NCBI RefSeq assembly: GCF_009834535.1
Contig: NC_045696.1
Coordinates: 96,846,001-96,910,000, forward strand
Direction: 5' to 3'
Length of the DNA stretch: 64,000 bases
Origin: Camelus ferus
Taxonomy: Eukaryota
In this document: positions 25,791 through 37,940 of the stretch, in pieces
Numbering within the stretch: position 1 is the first letter of the stretch
Layout: every line of letters begins with the position of its first letter
The notes under the pieces: model-generated
Databases searched by the model: none
Told to the model about the DNA's origin: nothing
What the model saw: the letters and a program-made list of their open reading frames with translations, nothing else
Made by a program: the position numbers and the translations under genes

Positions 25791-27999
25791 TGGCATTAGG
25801 CACCTGAGTTATTCTTAACTTGGTTCACTGAATGGTAGCTGATTTTGTCAGCCAAGATAATGTGTTGCTTATGAGACAATCGATGATATAATTCATGACA
25901 CACAAATGCTATTCTAGTTAAATTTAATTTAAATCAGTAATGTTATCTACAAACTTAACAGTACTAAGACCTGTGTAAACTTCTTTCAGCTTAGTTCCTT
26001 TTTTAGGGGACACCTCACAGGCTAAGTGTAGAGCTGAAAGGCTTTTCACCAGGTCCCCTCTTTCTAAAAGTATTATTTGATGTTAAAGCTTTTTGGTGAT
26101 TTAAAGTTGTTTCCTGGCAATGTCAGAGAGTTTCTCGTGGCATGGCAATATTACCGTTGATTTATAAGAACCTTTCATTCAACAAATAATATGATGCCCA
26201 CAAACTATGACATACACTTTGAAAAAACAATACAGCACTCTAGCTTTTACTTTTACATTGGACATGAGCTCCTGGAGTGCACATATAGTGTCCTATTTAT
26301 CTTTCTATCCCTAAACAGCCAGTACAGGGTGCAGCACCTGAACTGAAATAGAATTGAAGTGCATTTCAGCAATGTTTCTATGAAATAAAAAATAAAACTC
26401 AAGCTCCTCAAAAACAAAACCTTTACTTTAGGGACATCACACACTTACACATATTTATTTTTTTCTGTCCATCTACCACTTGATTAAAAAAAATATATTT
26501 TTAAGTAGGAACACTAGAATTAGACACTGACCTGACAGTTCATGCCCAAGTGTGGGAAAAATGTTCCCTTGCTGTCCATGGACTTCCTCAGGTATGCTCT
26601 ATCTATAGACATGTTGCTTGCCTATTAAATGACAGCAAGAACTGTAATCTGGAAAACATTTTGGATTGCAGTGGGCAAGCATACTTTACAGTCGTTATAT
26701 AGAAACATCTCAAGCATGCAAATGAATAAAAAAAAGGTAAACAACTTTTTTATGGGAAAGTAGAAGTGTGGCACTTGCTTTATTTTAAAATTCAGTTATT
26801 TTTATGATCTAAATTAGCACATCTTTTCCGACTTTTGTGGGTAATGTCTTTGTCCATAAACTTTGATGCTCCATTTTATAGCTGAACCCTTGACATCAGA
26901 CCATGGGAAAATTCCCCAAACTGCTTGATCTATCAGTTTCCCTGGTGAGGAGAAGGAAAAATAAAACTAACTCACCATCCATGTATGCTGAAAAATTCTA
27001 TGACCAAGTAGACAGTGCCAGTGCAAAATACCAGCTTCTTACTTTACCATTACAAATCTTGAAAGGCTGCCTTACTTTTATTTTTGATGATTCTGTTAAA
27101 AAAAAAAAGAGGATGTCTATGACCTTAAACTTGCTTGGTATAGTGCCTCACTTAGCATTTTTATTTGTGAACACAGCATGTCAGCCCAATTTGTAGATGA
27201 AGGAAATCATTAAATAGCACTTGTACAGCACTCTCTCCGCTGACAAAAGGAATACATGCATTTAAAGAACGGTTCTTACCATAAAAGTTCTGTGACATGG
27301 TATAGAAAAATCTGAAACAGGAATGCATTCTGGAATGTCAAAAAGGAAGTAATAGGAAGCAAATAGACATCACTAAATAATGAACTATTAGTATTGCTAG
27401 AAAATAGAAACAGGGATTATGAGGCATGAGGAGGTGGGAGAAAAGGTCCAGTTTTGCTTAGGCAGGGGACTTCTAGGGCAGAAAGCCTTCGGAATTGAAC
27501 TGTGTCAGAGAATGGAAGGTTGGAGCTTACCAAAACTATCCTGACTTGGGCTGTTAGTATCTGCAATGGGGCTAGAAGCCATACTATCCTTTCTGGGGAG
27601 GAAGAAGTAACTCTGAGGGACAAACTGAACTCATGTTTCTGGACCACTCTAATTGTAGTCACCATAAAAGGACAAAATTTGGTTTACCTTTAGGGCTGGA
27701 TTTACACAGAGGCATAAAGGGACAGTCAAGTCTCTTCTAGACCCCCCTACACTTTTGCTAAGTTCTTGAAGTTCCTTTAAAAGGAAATAAAGACTCATTT
27801 CATAGAGATATAAGGCTGTTGAAAGGAAGTCTTTCTCAAACTTTCTAAGACTTGGAGCTCTCTGATCTTTCCTTGGAGCAATAAGAAACAGGCACCTGAC
27901 CCAGGGAACGGAATGTTCATCGTGGAGGGAAAAATGGTACAGAAAGACCCAAGACAAATTCCCTTCATGAAGTCACAAGATTGCCTATATAATTTTGCC

Positions 28000-28455
28000 T
28001 ATCCATCATCTCTTTTCTGGATTATTATTGTCCCTCCTAAATTACTTCTCAGCTTCTAGTTTCAGATGCCCAACTACCTCTCATCTGCAAGTGGAATGAT
28101 TTTTCTGAAATGCAATTGATTACAATCTCATTTCTTAAAATCATTTAATATATCATTCTTGCTTTCTGAATAGATGCCAAACTACACAGGTGGGTGAGGC
28201 AGTCATTGACTGTCTGCCTGCCTCCTGTGAAACAGTTCTGTGCTCCCCAAGGAGCTTTGCTTATGGCTCTCGTTTAAGCCTTTGAGCACTCTCTACTTTT
28301 GTAAACTTCAAGACTCAGGTGTCACCTCTTTGAGGAAACCTTCCTTGACAAAGCCATCCTTGACTGTATATACAAGTCTTTATTACTGCATTGTATCTAT
28401 TTGGTTGTCTGTATCCTTAATTAAACTGTGAATCTTGAGGGCTGGGCTTTATCCT
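28000..28455 (+). mobile_element. LINE-2 remnant
   Basis: cttcaagactcaggtgtcacctctttgaggaaaccttccttgac...aaactgtgaatcttgagggctggg. Confidence 0.55.
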
Positions 28456-28706
28456 TTCAAAAGATTTTTGAACAGGACTGAATCATGTCACAAAAGTGCC
28501 TGCCACTGAGCTATAAAGCTTCCTTTAAAAAATACATGACTTCAAAAACAAAATAAAACAAAACAAAAATACGTGACTTCAGATTATCCTTAAAATGTTT
28601 CCAGAAAATTAGGTGATATTTTATTTCTGGTTCTACAAGGATGAAATTTCCATTAACAGGTATTTTGGTTAATCTTAAGGACCCTGCCTACCCTACTCCC
28701 CAACCC

Positions 28707-28707
<1 letters not shown>

Positions 28708-28745
<38 letters not shown>
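28708..28745. repeat. T38 homopolymer
   Basis: Directly visible. Confidence 0.95.
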
Positions 28746-28749
<4 letters not shown>

Positions 28750-30639
28750 TGCAGGAGTGACTAGGGTTTGGAACTTGGAGAAACATCATAGTCTCTGACC
28801 TGTGACAATTCCTTGTGAATAATAGCAGTTTTAATTATCCACCACTGAGGGCTTGGTAGTAAAGCATTCCTGTCTTAATAACACTTATTATGCTTAGCTC
28901 AGGAAATAAAATTGGAAATATACAGCTATTTTGGACATACAGTTATGAGTTAAACATATTTAGTATCTTACAATCCCCCCCCCTTCCTTGGGGGGGGCTG
29001 TAGCAAGCTATAAAATCACATTGTAGCTTGGGGAAAGTTAGGTTCATACTGAAGACACATTCCCATCTCAGAAACAAATTTTCTACTTGAATTTTTGCTT
29101 GGCTAAAGTAAACCAACAAAAAACTTAGGTGGCACCTTGGTCTATGAGCATTTCACTGAGAAAATTACAGATGGCTCTCCTGTAAGACTGTGCTCCCAAA
29201 CTGGCATCTGAATAAATTAATATTCCAGCCATGTGTAACAGGAGACTCTAAATATCTGAGGTAAAACTGAAATTTACTTAAGATCCTAAACTAACCACTT
29301 GGGGGAATGCTTGATGTCTCCATATACAGAATATCTGATGCTGGCAAGCACACAGCTTTCCCCCTCTTAGGCCTGTCCCTGACTTTGGAGTGGGGGCATG
29401 CCTTATTAGAGGAGGTCCGGATGTACAGGCTTCCTTTCACAGCTATTTCTAAGGGTGTTTATGACGAATTTAGATCCAAAGGGAAGGAGAAGAGGGTAGG
29501 AGAGGAGAGAACAGGCACTACTATAATTTTGCACTTTTCGAACACTGCACCATTAGTTGAGTATCTTTTCATGTCATTAAAATAAATTGAAAAGTGTATT
29601 AATATTTAAGGCCTTAATACATTTTGCCAACTTACTTTCTGGAAGTACTCAGGAAAGCTTGCCCTTCGACATTAGGTCCTGCTATTTAAAAGAAAAATCA
29701 TTTGTTAAATATTAATTTGCATTTCTTAGGTTACTAGAGGTTCAACTTTTAGCAACTGCCGTTTATTTCTTCTGTGAACTATCCAAGGTTTTCTCTTCTA
29801 CCGTGATTTTTTAAAAAGTAGTAATTTATTTCAATTACCATTTTAAACATACTAATCATTTCCTTTGTGACTACTACTTTACTGATTATAAAGTGTTTTT
29901 CTATCCCAACATCAAAATTTACATTTTCACAAAATTTCAACCCTTTCTAATACTAATTTTTCTCCACCTGTGTTAAATACCACATTGTTTGCTCTTAAGG
30001 GGCACACCGGGTGAGCCTTTTGGTTAACATTCCGACACGAAAGTTTCACCTTCTAGCTCATCTGTGGTGGCTCTATTTAAAATCTTACTCCACATCTTTA
30101 GCTTGCTTCTTTAAGCCTAAGTACTTAGTTCCTTTAGTTAGTTCTAATGTTAATTAACATTAAAATTTTGTTTTTAGTGAATATATCATTCAGCACAACT
30201 ATAATGTAAAATAATTGAAAATCCCATGTACACTTCGATTTTATGCCATTTAGTTTGTAGCTGATTTGATTAAGTTTTTATTTTAAATAGATAAAGAACA
30301 CTTATTTTTCATCTTTTAACACAGAGAGCTAACTATTGGTTCTCATTAACTCTTGATTAGCTAGCTGGCTATAGATACACAGCGTGTTAATTTCTACAGG
30401 CACCTTTCTGAATTCAAGTAAAAGTTTTGGTAGACAAGGATTTCCTACTCAAATGTCATTGACATAATATGAATATTAAGTACAAATATTGCTCACCATT
30501 CTTGCATTCTTTAAATTATTTTACTTTGAAAATTTAAGAACCATCATTAAGTCATTAATAACATAAGTTTTCATTTAAGGAATATTTTGAACTGCGAAAA
30601 TACAAATCTAATCAAATTAAATTTTGAACACATATAGAG

Positions 30640-32119
30640 CCAAATATTTCAACAAAACTGCAGTTTAATTTCAGAAAATGTGTTAAAATATATATTTATA
30701 CATCAACTTCTGACATACACTTAATGTGTTAGTATACACAAAATGATGCTTTCTCTTGAAATTGTATTTATGAAATGTACATTTTAATTTAAATACTCAG
30801 TATACACTGCACTTAATCTGCATGTTGCATTTATTAAATACATTAAAATCTGCAATGTAACAAAACGTTTTCTGCATACGAAATTCAAAACACCATTTTA
30901 AATGAACAAAAGATGGCTCACTTCATTTTTTTTTTTTTTTTTTACAACTAGTGTATAGCACACTAGCTCAGCTCCACCATACTACCTGTTCGTTCTTTTT
31001 TATTTGACATTGTTCACAGACTAGTACATATTACAATAAGAGTGCTGGATAAAAACATGAGGTACGAAAGTGGTTCAAAGATTATAGATCATGCAGATCA
31101 TGCTAAGACAGCAAAGAAAATTGTGACTGAGAAAACACTAAGTAAAAATACATAAAGAATGTGCATTATAAAAAAAAAAAAACCAAAAAAAAAAAAAAAA
31201 ACAACTCCATTACACAGCTTTGCTTCTTTGGTTACAAAGTAGGTTGAACAATTTCACAGCTTTTTATTCCCACCCGAAAAAGAGTCATACGAAATGTCGA
31301 AAAGCAGAGGAATCGTGGCAATTTCTCTATTAGAAAGTAGAAACAAATGAACAAAGTTTTCTTCATCAAAATAGCCCAATTATTTATTATATCACAATAA
31401 CTGGTGACTACCTGTACAGTTGCACTATGTTCTTCATACTTACACTATACAAAATTTACATTCAAGCTGGGTCTTTACTACTGAAAATAAATACCAAAGG
31501 TAAATTGCCATTAGTGTTAGAAATATGCCAGGATTCTTTTGTTCAATTATTGCCTAAACGTTTTATCTATTAAATGCAATCCTGTCTTTCAATTCCTTTA
31601 CTGATACTTATAATTATTCAAAAAAATTAAAAAAGTTCTGTGACATTGTTCATGTACATTATGAAAATAGCAGCCCTGTAATAAATAAAACACAAATAAA
31701 TGAAAACTTATGTAGGCAAATGTTACTGATATTGAAAGAAAAGTGGCTCTTTAGATGAACTGTTACTTATAATGTGATAGAAAGGCTCAGGGTAAATCCA
31801 TGGGAAACAGGAAACATGGGAGAGCCACCAAAGCTCTTAAAAGACCCCACTCATGCGCACCAGGTAAAATGCAAACTTTGCTAGCTTTAACACATCCCAT
31901 CTGTTATTCTCCTTGTGTACTGAGGACATAACCTGAACATTGACAGCGCTGCATGACATCTCAGAGAGAGGAGAAGCTCTTGTAGAATGATTGTCTAATA
32001 CTGAAAAGGCCAAACACACAACCGAAGCATGGCTACTTGCTTTCGTATCAAGTGGAAAGAACATGAGTGGCACACAAGGATAGGTTGCTTTCAGTTTTTC
32101 TTAATGAGGCAAGAGAGCT
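30640..32119 (-). other. TSC22D2: TSC22D2 proximal 3' UTR (end approximate; a longer isoform is possible)
   Basis: Repeat-free AU-rich sequence after the stop. AATAAA hexamers on minus at 31383-31388, 31263-31268, 30999-31004 and 30830-30835; ATTAAA at 30664-30669. Confidence 0.7.
30664..30835 (-). terminator. Candidate polyadenylation signals (AATAAA 30830-30835; ATTAAA 30664-30669)
   Basis: Canonical hexamers on the gene strand, about 1.3-1.45 kb after the stop, with U-rich downstream sequence. Which one is used cannot be determined from sequence alone. Confidence 0.5.
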
Positions 32120-32380
32120 TTACGCTGAGGAGACATTCGGCTGCTGCGGAGGCTGTGCCGGCTGCGGAGGCTGTGCTGTCGCTGCCTGCTGCTGAGAAGT
32201 GCTACCGGGACTGGCCTGCTGGGCTGGGAGCTGGGATAACTGATCGTTGTTTGAAAGAGATTTTAACAGTGCGTTTTCTCGTTCAAGTAAAGAGTTTCTT
32301 TCAACTAATTCTTTTATTTGTTCCTTTAGAACTTCCACTTCTTCTCTTACTGCATACATCAAATGGCTTTTCACCAGATC
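32120..32380 (-). CDS. TSC22D2: TSC22 domain family member 2, last coding exon (TSC box C-half, leucine zipper, Q/P-rich tail, TAA stop)
   Basis: Translates [86 protein letters not shown]. The TSC22 signature with a Leu heptad is present and the C-terminus matches TSC22D2 as I recall it. Acceptor ttttgtttttcacag|GAT at 32381-32382; stop at 32120-32122. Confidence 0.96.
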   Translation of the reverse strand, partial: DLVKSHLMYAVREEVEVLKEQIKELVERNSLLERENALLKSLSNNDQLSQLPAQQASPGSTSQQQAATAQPPQPAQPPQQPNVSSA

Positions 32381-33305
32381 CTGTGAAAAACAAAATTAGG
32401 AATGTCAAAAAGAGTGAGAGGGAAAGGAGTTGCTGTTTGGTTCTAGCTCACCTAGTGCCTCAAACACGAGGCGGCTTTGTATTCGCTTTCTGCTCTTGCT
32501 TTTAACGTTTCTATTGTATCTTGACTGACCCTAAGGAAGATGGGGTATAAAAAGTTAAGTTCCCAACTAGGGCAGCAAGCCCAGGAATCTCTTTTCAAAG
32601 TTTCAAGTGATTTCAAAAAATATATGCTCCTTAAATTGTCAATTACTATAAGCTTAGAATTAAAAAAAAGTTTAATTAAGATAATATGCTTAGATGTCAG
32701 ATTAAGAAAACAAAGGATATTAAACTAATTATAGTACTGATTTAAGAGATAAAATTAAAAAAAAATAGTTTGAGACTAATGGTCCTTATTTATAGCCTAA
32801 CTATAGTTTCAATAACCTGAACCAAAATTTTTATATATAAACAGAACATCTTAAAGAAAAAAAAATTTGTAGTAATAGCAGAAATCAGTGAGTTAATTAA
32901 CAGAAACAGACTATTTATTAAAGCTGAGTAAAACAGTCTCCTTAAATGACCAAAGGATGAAAAAGATTTCCAGCTAAAGTTTTTATTTCAGTACTCTTTT
33001 GTCTCTGAACTATTTCTGATGCTAAAATATTTTGGGTATCATAATGCATACTGAATATGTATATCTATCAAAATGGGCCCTTATCAATGGTAATGCATGA
33101 AATAAAAGACGTTCAAACAGGGGAAGTATTTACTCCACCGGTATTTCTAGACTAAAAATTCTCAATGTTCTAGCATCTTCAACTAAATCTCATATTCAAA
33201 AATACACTTTTGGTCATCTTGATTTAAAGAAATTAGGTATTTGTTTTTCAGAAGTGATAAAAACCAACAATCAATGAAATGCAAGGGCTATATATTTTTA
33301 CTTAC
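32381..33305 (-). other. TSC22D2: TSC22D2 last intron (925 nt, GT-AG, phase 0)
   Basis: GTAAGT donor at 33305-33300 and CAG acceptor at 32383-32381 on the minus strand. Confidence 0.93.
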
Positions 33306-33357
33306 CATTGCTTGTTCTATTTTGTTGTCAATGGCTACACCACCTCCCCCAGATGCA
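33306..33357 (-). CDS. TSC22D2: TSC22D2 penultimate coding exon (52 nt, start of TSC box)
   Basis: ttttttccag|T GCA TCT GGG GGA GGT GGT GTA GCC ATT GAC AAC AAA ATA GAA CAA GCA ATG|gtaagt = (S)ASGGGGVAIDNKIEQAM. Splices in frame to the last exon, giving the [17 protein letters not shown] motif. Confidence 0.96.
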
Positions 33358-35444
33358 CTGGAAAAAATTAGAATATTTCATTAAATTATTCTAAAAAATG
33401 TAAGCTCTCTTCCAACTCTTAAAATAATTAAAAACATTTGTGTTTTATGTAAAACCGAAAATGGTAATTTAAAATAGATTAGTCTATTCTCACAATTTCA
33501 TACTCAGAGCTCTCATTTTGAAAATGAAGATCTCAGTAAATAGATGACTTCTAAAAATCCTTTGTAGTTCCAACATTTCTAATCTGCCTATGACATACAC
33601 ATGCTACTTTAAAATGTAACTCCCAATTCTAGTCAGGAGTTCTCAATTCAGTGAACTTAAGATACATTTTGAATGAGCGGTACCCTTTCTACATCTTTCT
33701 CAATCTTCTTCATTTACCAACTATATATTCTAATTGCCTTCTATGTATTAATTCTAGTGGTTACTTATTGCATTAAAAAATCAGATGATGATTTTTTCCT
33801 ACAGATTTTATATTTTAATACCTAAATTTTAAATTTTAAAAACTGGCTTGTAAAAATGATTCGAAGGCTTTTGGGCAAACAGAACTTGCAGGGTTGGTTA
33901 ACAAGGAACTCAACATTTTGGCAGACCTACATGCTTTGACTGTAGTTTTACTACGTGGCAAAAATCACCTACTAAGGCATGTGGTTTAGATCAATTTTTT
34001 CTGGAAATATTTGGAAATAGTCTAGCTGATAAGTACATCCCAAGTTCAAATATCACCTTAGCATGTGTATGATAATGACACAGAAGGTTGAATAATTGTC
34101 TTCTTTGGCAGTTTATATTCCCCCATATATCTAGAAAGGATCCATATCCTTTCCTTGGTGTTTTTGTAAATTTCAATTAGGTTTTCTTGTAAAGATAAAT
34201 CTGATACTTTAATCTATTTTATCAAATACAAGAAGAGGTCTCTAAATCATTTTTATACAAAACTTTACTAGATACTTTTCATTTAGTATTTAGTGCTAAA
34301 TTTACATGCTAATATATCTGAAGATTAGTTTACTTTAGATGATGTGGAGCCTCAATGTTACATTAGACTGAGGCTCAGAAATATCTTGTCTGATGTAGTA
34401 ATGCCTTTTGATAATGTAATACAAGTAGATCATTATATCCTGGTTCTGCTCTTCACTACCATCAAATCAAGTATTTAACTTCCTTGAATCTCAGTTCCCT
34501 CATCTGTAAAACGAAGGCTAGTGTCAATGCCTCCATAGACTTTTCACTTTTAAATTCTCGAAACTCTGAATCAATGCATGAAGAACACTAAGCTTGTTTA
34601 TCTGAGCATTAACCATATTAATTATAGCATACTACTTCATTTCTTGCTGCTGTTTCTAAGATGAAAAGGAGTTTCTGTATACCTAATAACCGGAAAGGAT
34701 ATATGAATCATTAATACTTATATATGTTAGGCTTCAAATGCTTGTAGAGAGCTGCACAAAGCAAGGTTACATTAACTATAAACTGCATAACAGCTAATAT
34801 AAACTTTAGTGTAAAGTTCAGTTCAGACACCATGTAGATAAATTCACCAAATATTGGCCATAATTTGGCAAAAAAGAGTGACAGGTATTTAGATTAGAAT
34901 TTGCCTGAGAATCCTAGATTATACCTTATTATTTCTATATCAAGAAAAAAACTGAATTAGTTTTAGTCATTTCTCATTTAGTCATGACTTAAATATATTC
35001 AATTCTTTTAACATCAGTTTTAAATAGAATACCTTAAATGCTAACTTTAACACCAGTTCTACATATTAACAAGCAACCAAAACACCCAAGTAAACCCCAA
35101 ACCCTTCAAAAAGGATTTATTATTTATTTATTTTGATAATTAAAATAAAACCTAGTCAGTTTCTAAACCACTCCCTCAGCTAAGGAAAAATAGTTACCAT
35201 TCTATTCTTTGCTGATATAATAACCTCTAGTCCTGACTCAGACCTTTTACTGCTACAGAGGAACAGGTTTGCAAAGTATAAACAGATCAAGCTGAAGACA
35301 TGTGTCTCTTAATAGGTATCACTATTCTAACTTTGTTAAACATTGTACTTGAACAGAATCAAATCAGTCACAGATATAATTATTATCATTATTGTCCCTT
35401 TGGCCACTTTGAAGACTGTTACCCAAGAATGCTATAACTTACTG

Positions 35445-35615
35445 CAGTAGTTCTCAAACTTCAGCATGCACTAGAGTCATCTAGAGGTCTTGTTAAAACA
35501 GACCGCTGAGCTCCACTGCAGCAGGTCTGCAGAGGGGTCCAAGAATTTGCATTTCTAACAAGTTTCCAGTTGATGCTGATTCTGCTGCCCAAAGACCATA
35601 CTTTTGAGAACTGCT
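35445..35615. mobile_element. MER5A-type MITE
   Basis: cagtagttctcaaactt...ccaagaatttgcatttctaacaagtttcca...ctttttgagaa-like end. Confidence 0.8.
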
Positions 35616-35639
35616 AGCTTATAGACATGAAAGAGACTA

Positions 35640-36285
35640 AGAATAAAAAAATCTAATTCTATTAAAAACATTTCTTAGCCCGGTATACAAAATACTCCAT
35701 GACCTTGACCTCTGCCTTCTATGGTCTCCACTCCTCTCACACTCCATCTGGTCTATTGTGTGTGGTCTTACATAACGTAACTATTTGCGGTCTGTGGAAC
35801 GTTATATCCCCTCAGGTTTCCATGCCTTTGCAGAAACTGCTCCCTCAGCTGGAAGTGCTCACAGTTCCAATTTACCTGGTTATCTTTTACTTATTCCTGA
35901 AGATGCTCGGTGCCATCTCTTCTGAGATGCCTTCTGATTTCCTAAGGTAGAACCAATTATTCCATCTCTCCTGTGGTCCACTAATCATCACAAACTTTTA
36001 CAGTGCATAACCAGGAAAGCAGAATAACAAATCCTGGCTCCTCCTTATATTCACTGTGTGAATTCTAGGAAATTATTTAACCTTCCTGGACTTTAGTTTT
36101 TTTCACCTAAAAGAAGGATTATATACCATAATTCATAAAACTTCTGAGAAGATTAAGTGAGTTTAAATAATATTACCAGGGATAACTCTATTAGACTGAG
36201 ATCCTTGAGGGAGGTGCCTTATCTTCTTTGCCTCTGTCAACAAATAAACGGTGCTTGGCACATATGAGCTCAAATGTACACCAAA
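35640..36285 (+). mobile_element. LINE-2 remnants interrupted by a MIR fragment (about 36020-36165)
   Basis: L2-like ctccatgaccttgacctctgcc...catgcctttgca and tagactgagatccttgaggg...gtgcttggcacat. MIR-like aaatcctggctc...ggaaattatttaacctt. Confidence 0.55.
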
Positions 36286-36369
36286 AGAGTCAATATGATA
36301 GTAATTAGATTAAAAGCAATTACTGGTTCATACTAGGAAAACATTAAATTTTTTTGAGTTTGAATAAAT

Positions 36370-36561
36370 CAGTAGTTCTCAAAGTGTGGTTTCCTGGACC
36401 AGGAGCATCAGCATCATTTGGGAACTTGTTAAAAATGGAAATATTTGGGCCCACCCAGACCCAGACTTACTGAATTAGATACTCTTGAGGTGGGACCCAG
36501 GAAATCTGTTTTAATAAGTCCTCTAGGTGATGAGAAAGAAACTGAAGTTTGAGAACCACTG
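36370..36561. mobile_element. MER5A-type MITE, inverted relative to 35445-35615
   Basis: cagtagttctcaaagtgtgg ... agtttgagaaccactg inverted termini. Confidence 0.85.
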
Positions 36562-37784
36562 CTTTAAATAGCCTGATTTTTAATAAAAATACCAATATGG
36601 TAGTCTTAAATATAAACAAATAAAAGGGTATTCTATTTCAAGATCCCAGAACATGGTTTTAAGAATATTGCTTCCATGAGGGTAACAAGTTGTTTTCCAT
36701 TGTGTTCAAAGTCAACACAGTGGTTTGGGCTTTATGCTCTCTTTTAAAATGAGAATCATCAGCCACAGCAGAATGAGTAATTTTCCTTCATTTACTTCCT
36801 TGACTTAATGGTATAGTATTATGCCTTGTTTTCTTTTTTATTACTGCATCTACCACACTGTAACCTGACAATTAACCAGTTTCCAAACTTAAGTTCCCTA
36901 AGAGAAGGCTTCCTAATAAGACTTTGTAACTATTCTGGTAAACTATAAAGTGCTATATAAAGGTAAGGGATACTTCCTTTTTTTTTTTTAAAGGAACTTT
37001 TTATTTACTATGGGTCACTCTTTTAGAATAAAATCATAACTGGATTAAAATTTACTAGATGAATTAAAAATTGTGGATATGGAGGGAATGGACAGAGGTA
37101 CAGAACTGTGGGGAAAAAAAGACTTTATGACTTCATATGTGATGAATTTTCACTTACTGGAATTGCAGCCCCCAAAGAACCAGATGAAGTTGAATTTAGT
37201 GTTTAAATAAAGTAAATTATAATCACACTCACAAGAAAAGTAAAACTTAAAGCATCAATAGTACAGCAAGATAGTATGGATTTTCATGCTATTCATCTTC
37301 TAATTCGTCCCAATTGGTTCCCCACCACAGCTTTTCTTCCCAGGCCTGCGTATCACAATAGCTCACTTGAAACCTAAGACAAGAGGCCAGATAGGAACCT
37401 CTGGCTTCATAAGTTTCCTACATTTTTATCCTTCTTAATAGGCTAACTGTATCATCCATGGTCTCAGCTCAGTGACTTTGTGCAAATCATCCTGTCTTTC
37501 CTCCCTAAAAATTAAAATCAGTGAAGTCTAAGTTAGGCTAACTTGATCTCACATTTGAGAAAAACTCCTTATGAGAAATCAACATTTTTCTTTTTCTTTT
37601 TTTTTTATTAATGTGGACAGAGACATCATGGCCACTGTTTGGGATAAAAATAGTGCACATTCTTCTCTATTACATTTTGACTACTTTGTCTTTTTCCTGC
37701 TCTCCTTTGATACAAATGCTAATTAACAAAGCAACAATGTAGAGGAAAAGAACACGAACAACTGCCCACTTTATGGTAGGCACA

Positions 37785-37940
37785 CATTACTTTAGTGAGT
37801 CCTTACTATAAGCCTGAGCAACATCCTCATTTTACAGTTGAGGAAACTGAAGCCAAGTAATTTACTCAAAGACAGAACACTGGGACAGGATGAAAACCTA
37901 ACCTAATTAATGTCAAAACACATGCTTTTTCTATCACAAC
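37785..37940 (-). mobile_element. MIR SINE fragment
   Basis: atcctcattttacagttgaggaaactgaagc is the MIR core. Confidence 0.6.

Noticed and set aside
32029..32505. 158-aa + strand ORF overlapping the TSC22D2 last exon
   Set aside because: It is the antisense shadow of a real coding exon with low-complexity codons. It resembles no known protein and has no supporting gene structure.
32120..33357. Assignment to TSC22D1/TSC22D3 or a processed pseudogene because of LMYAV
   Set aside because: An intron with canonical sites is present, and the [19 protein letters not shown]...PQQPNVSSA tail fits TSC22D2 as I recall it.
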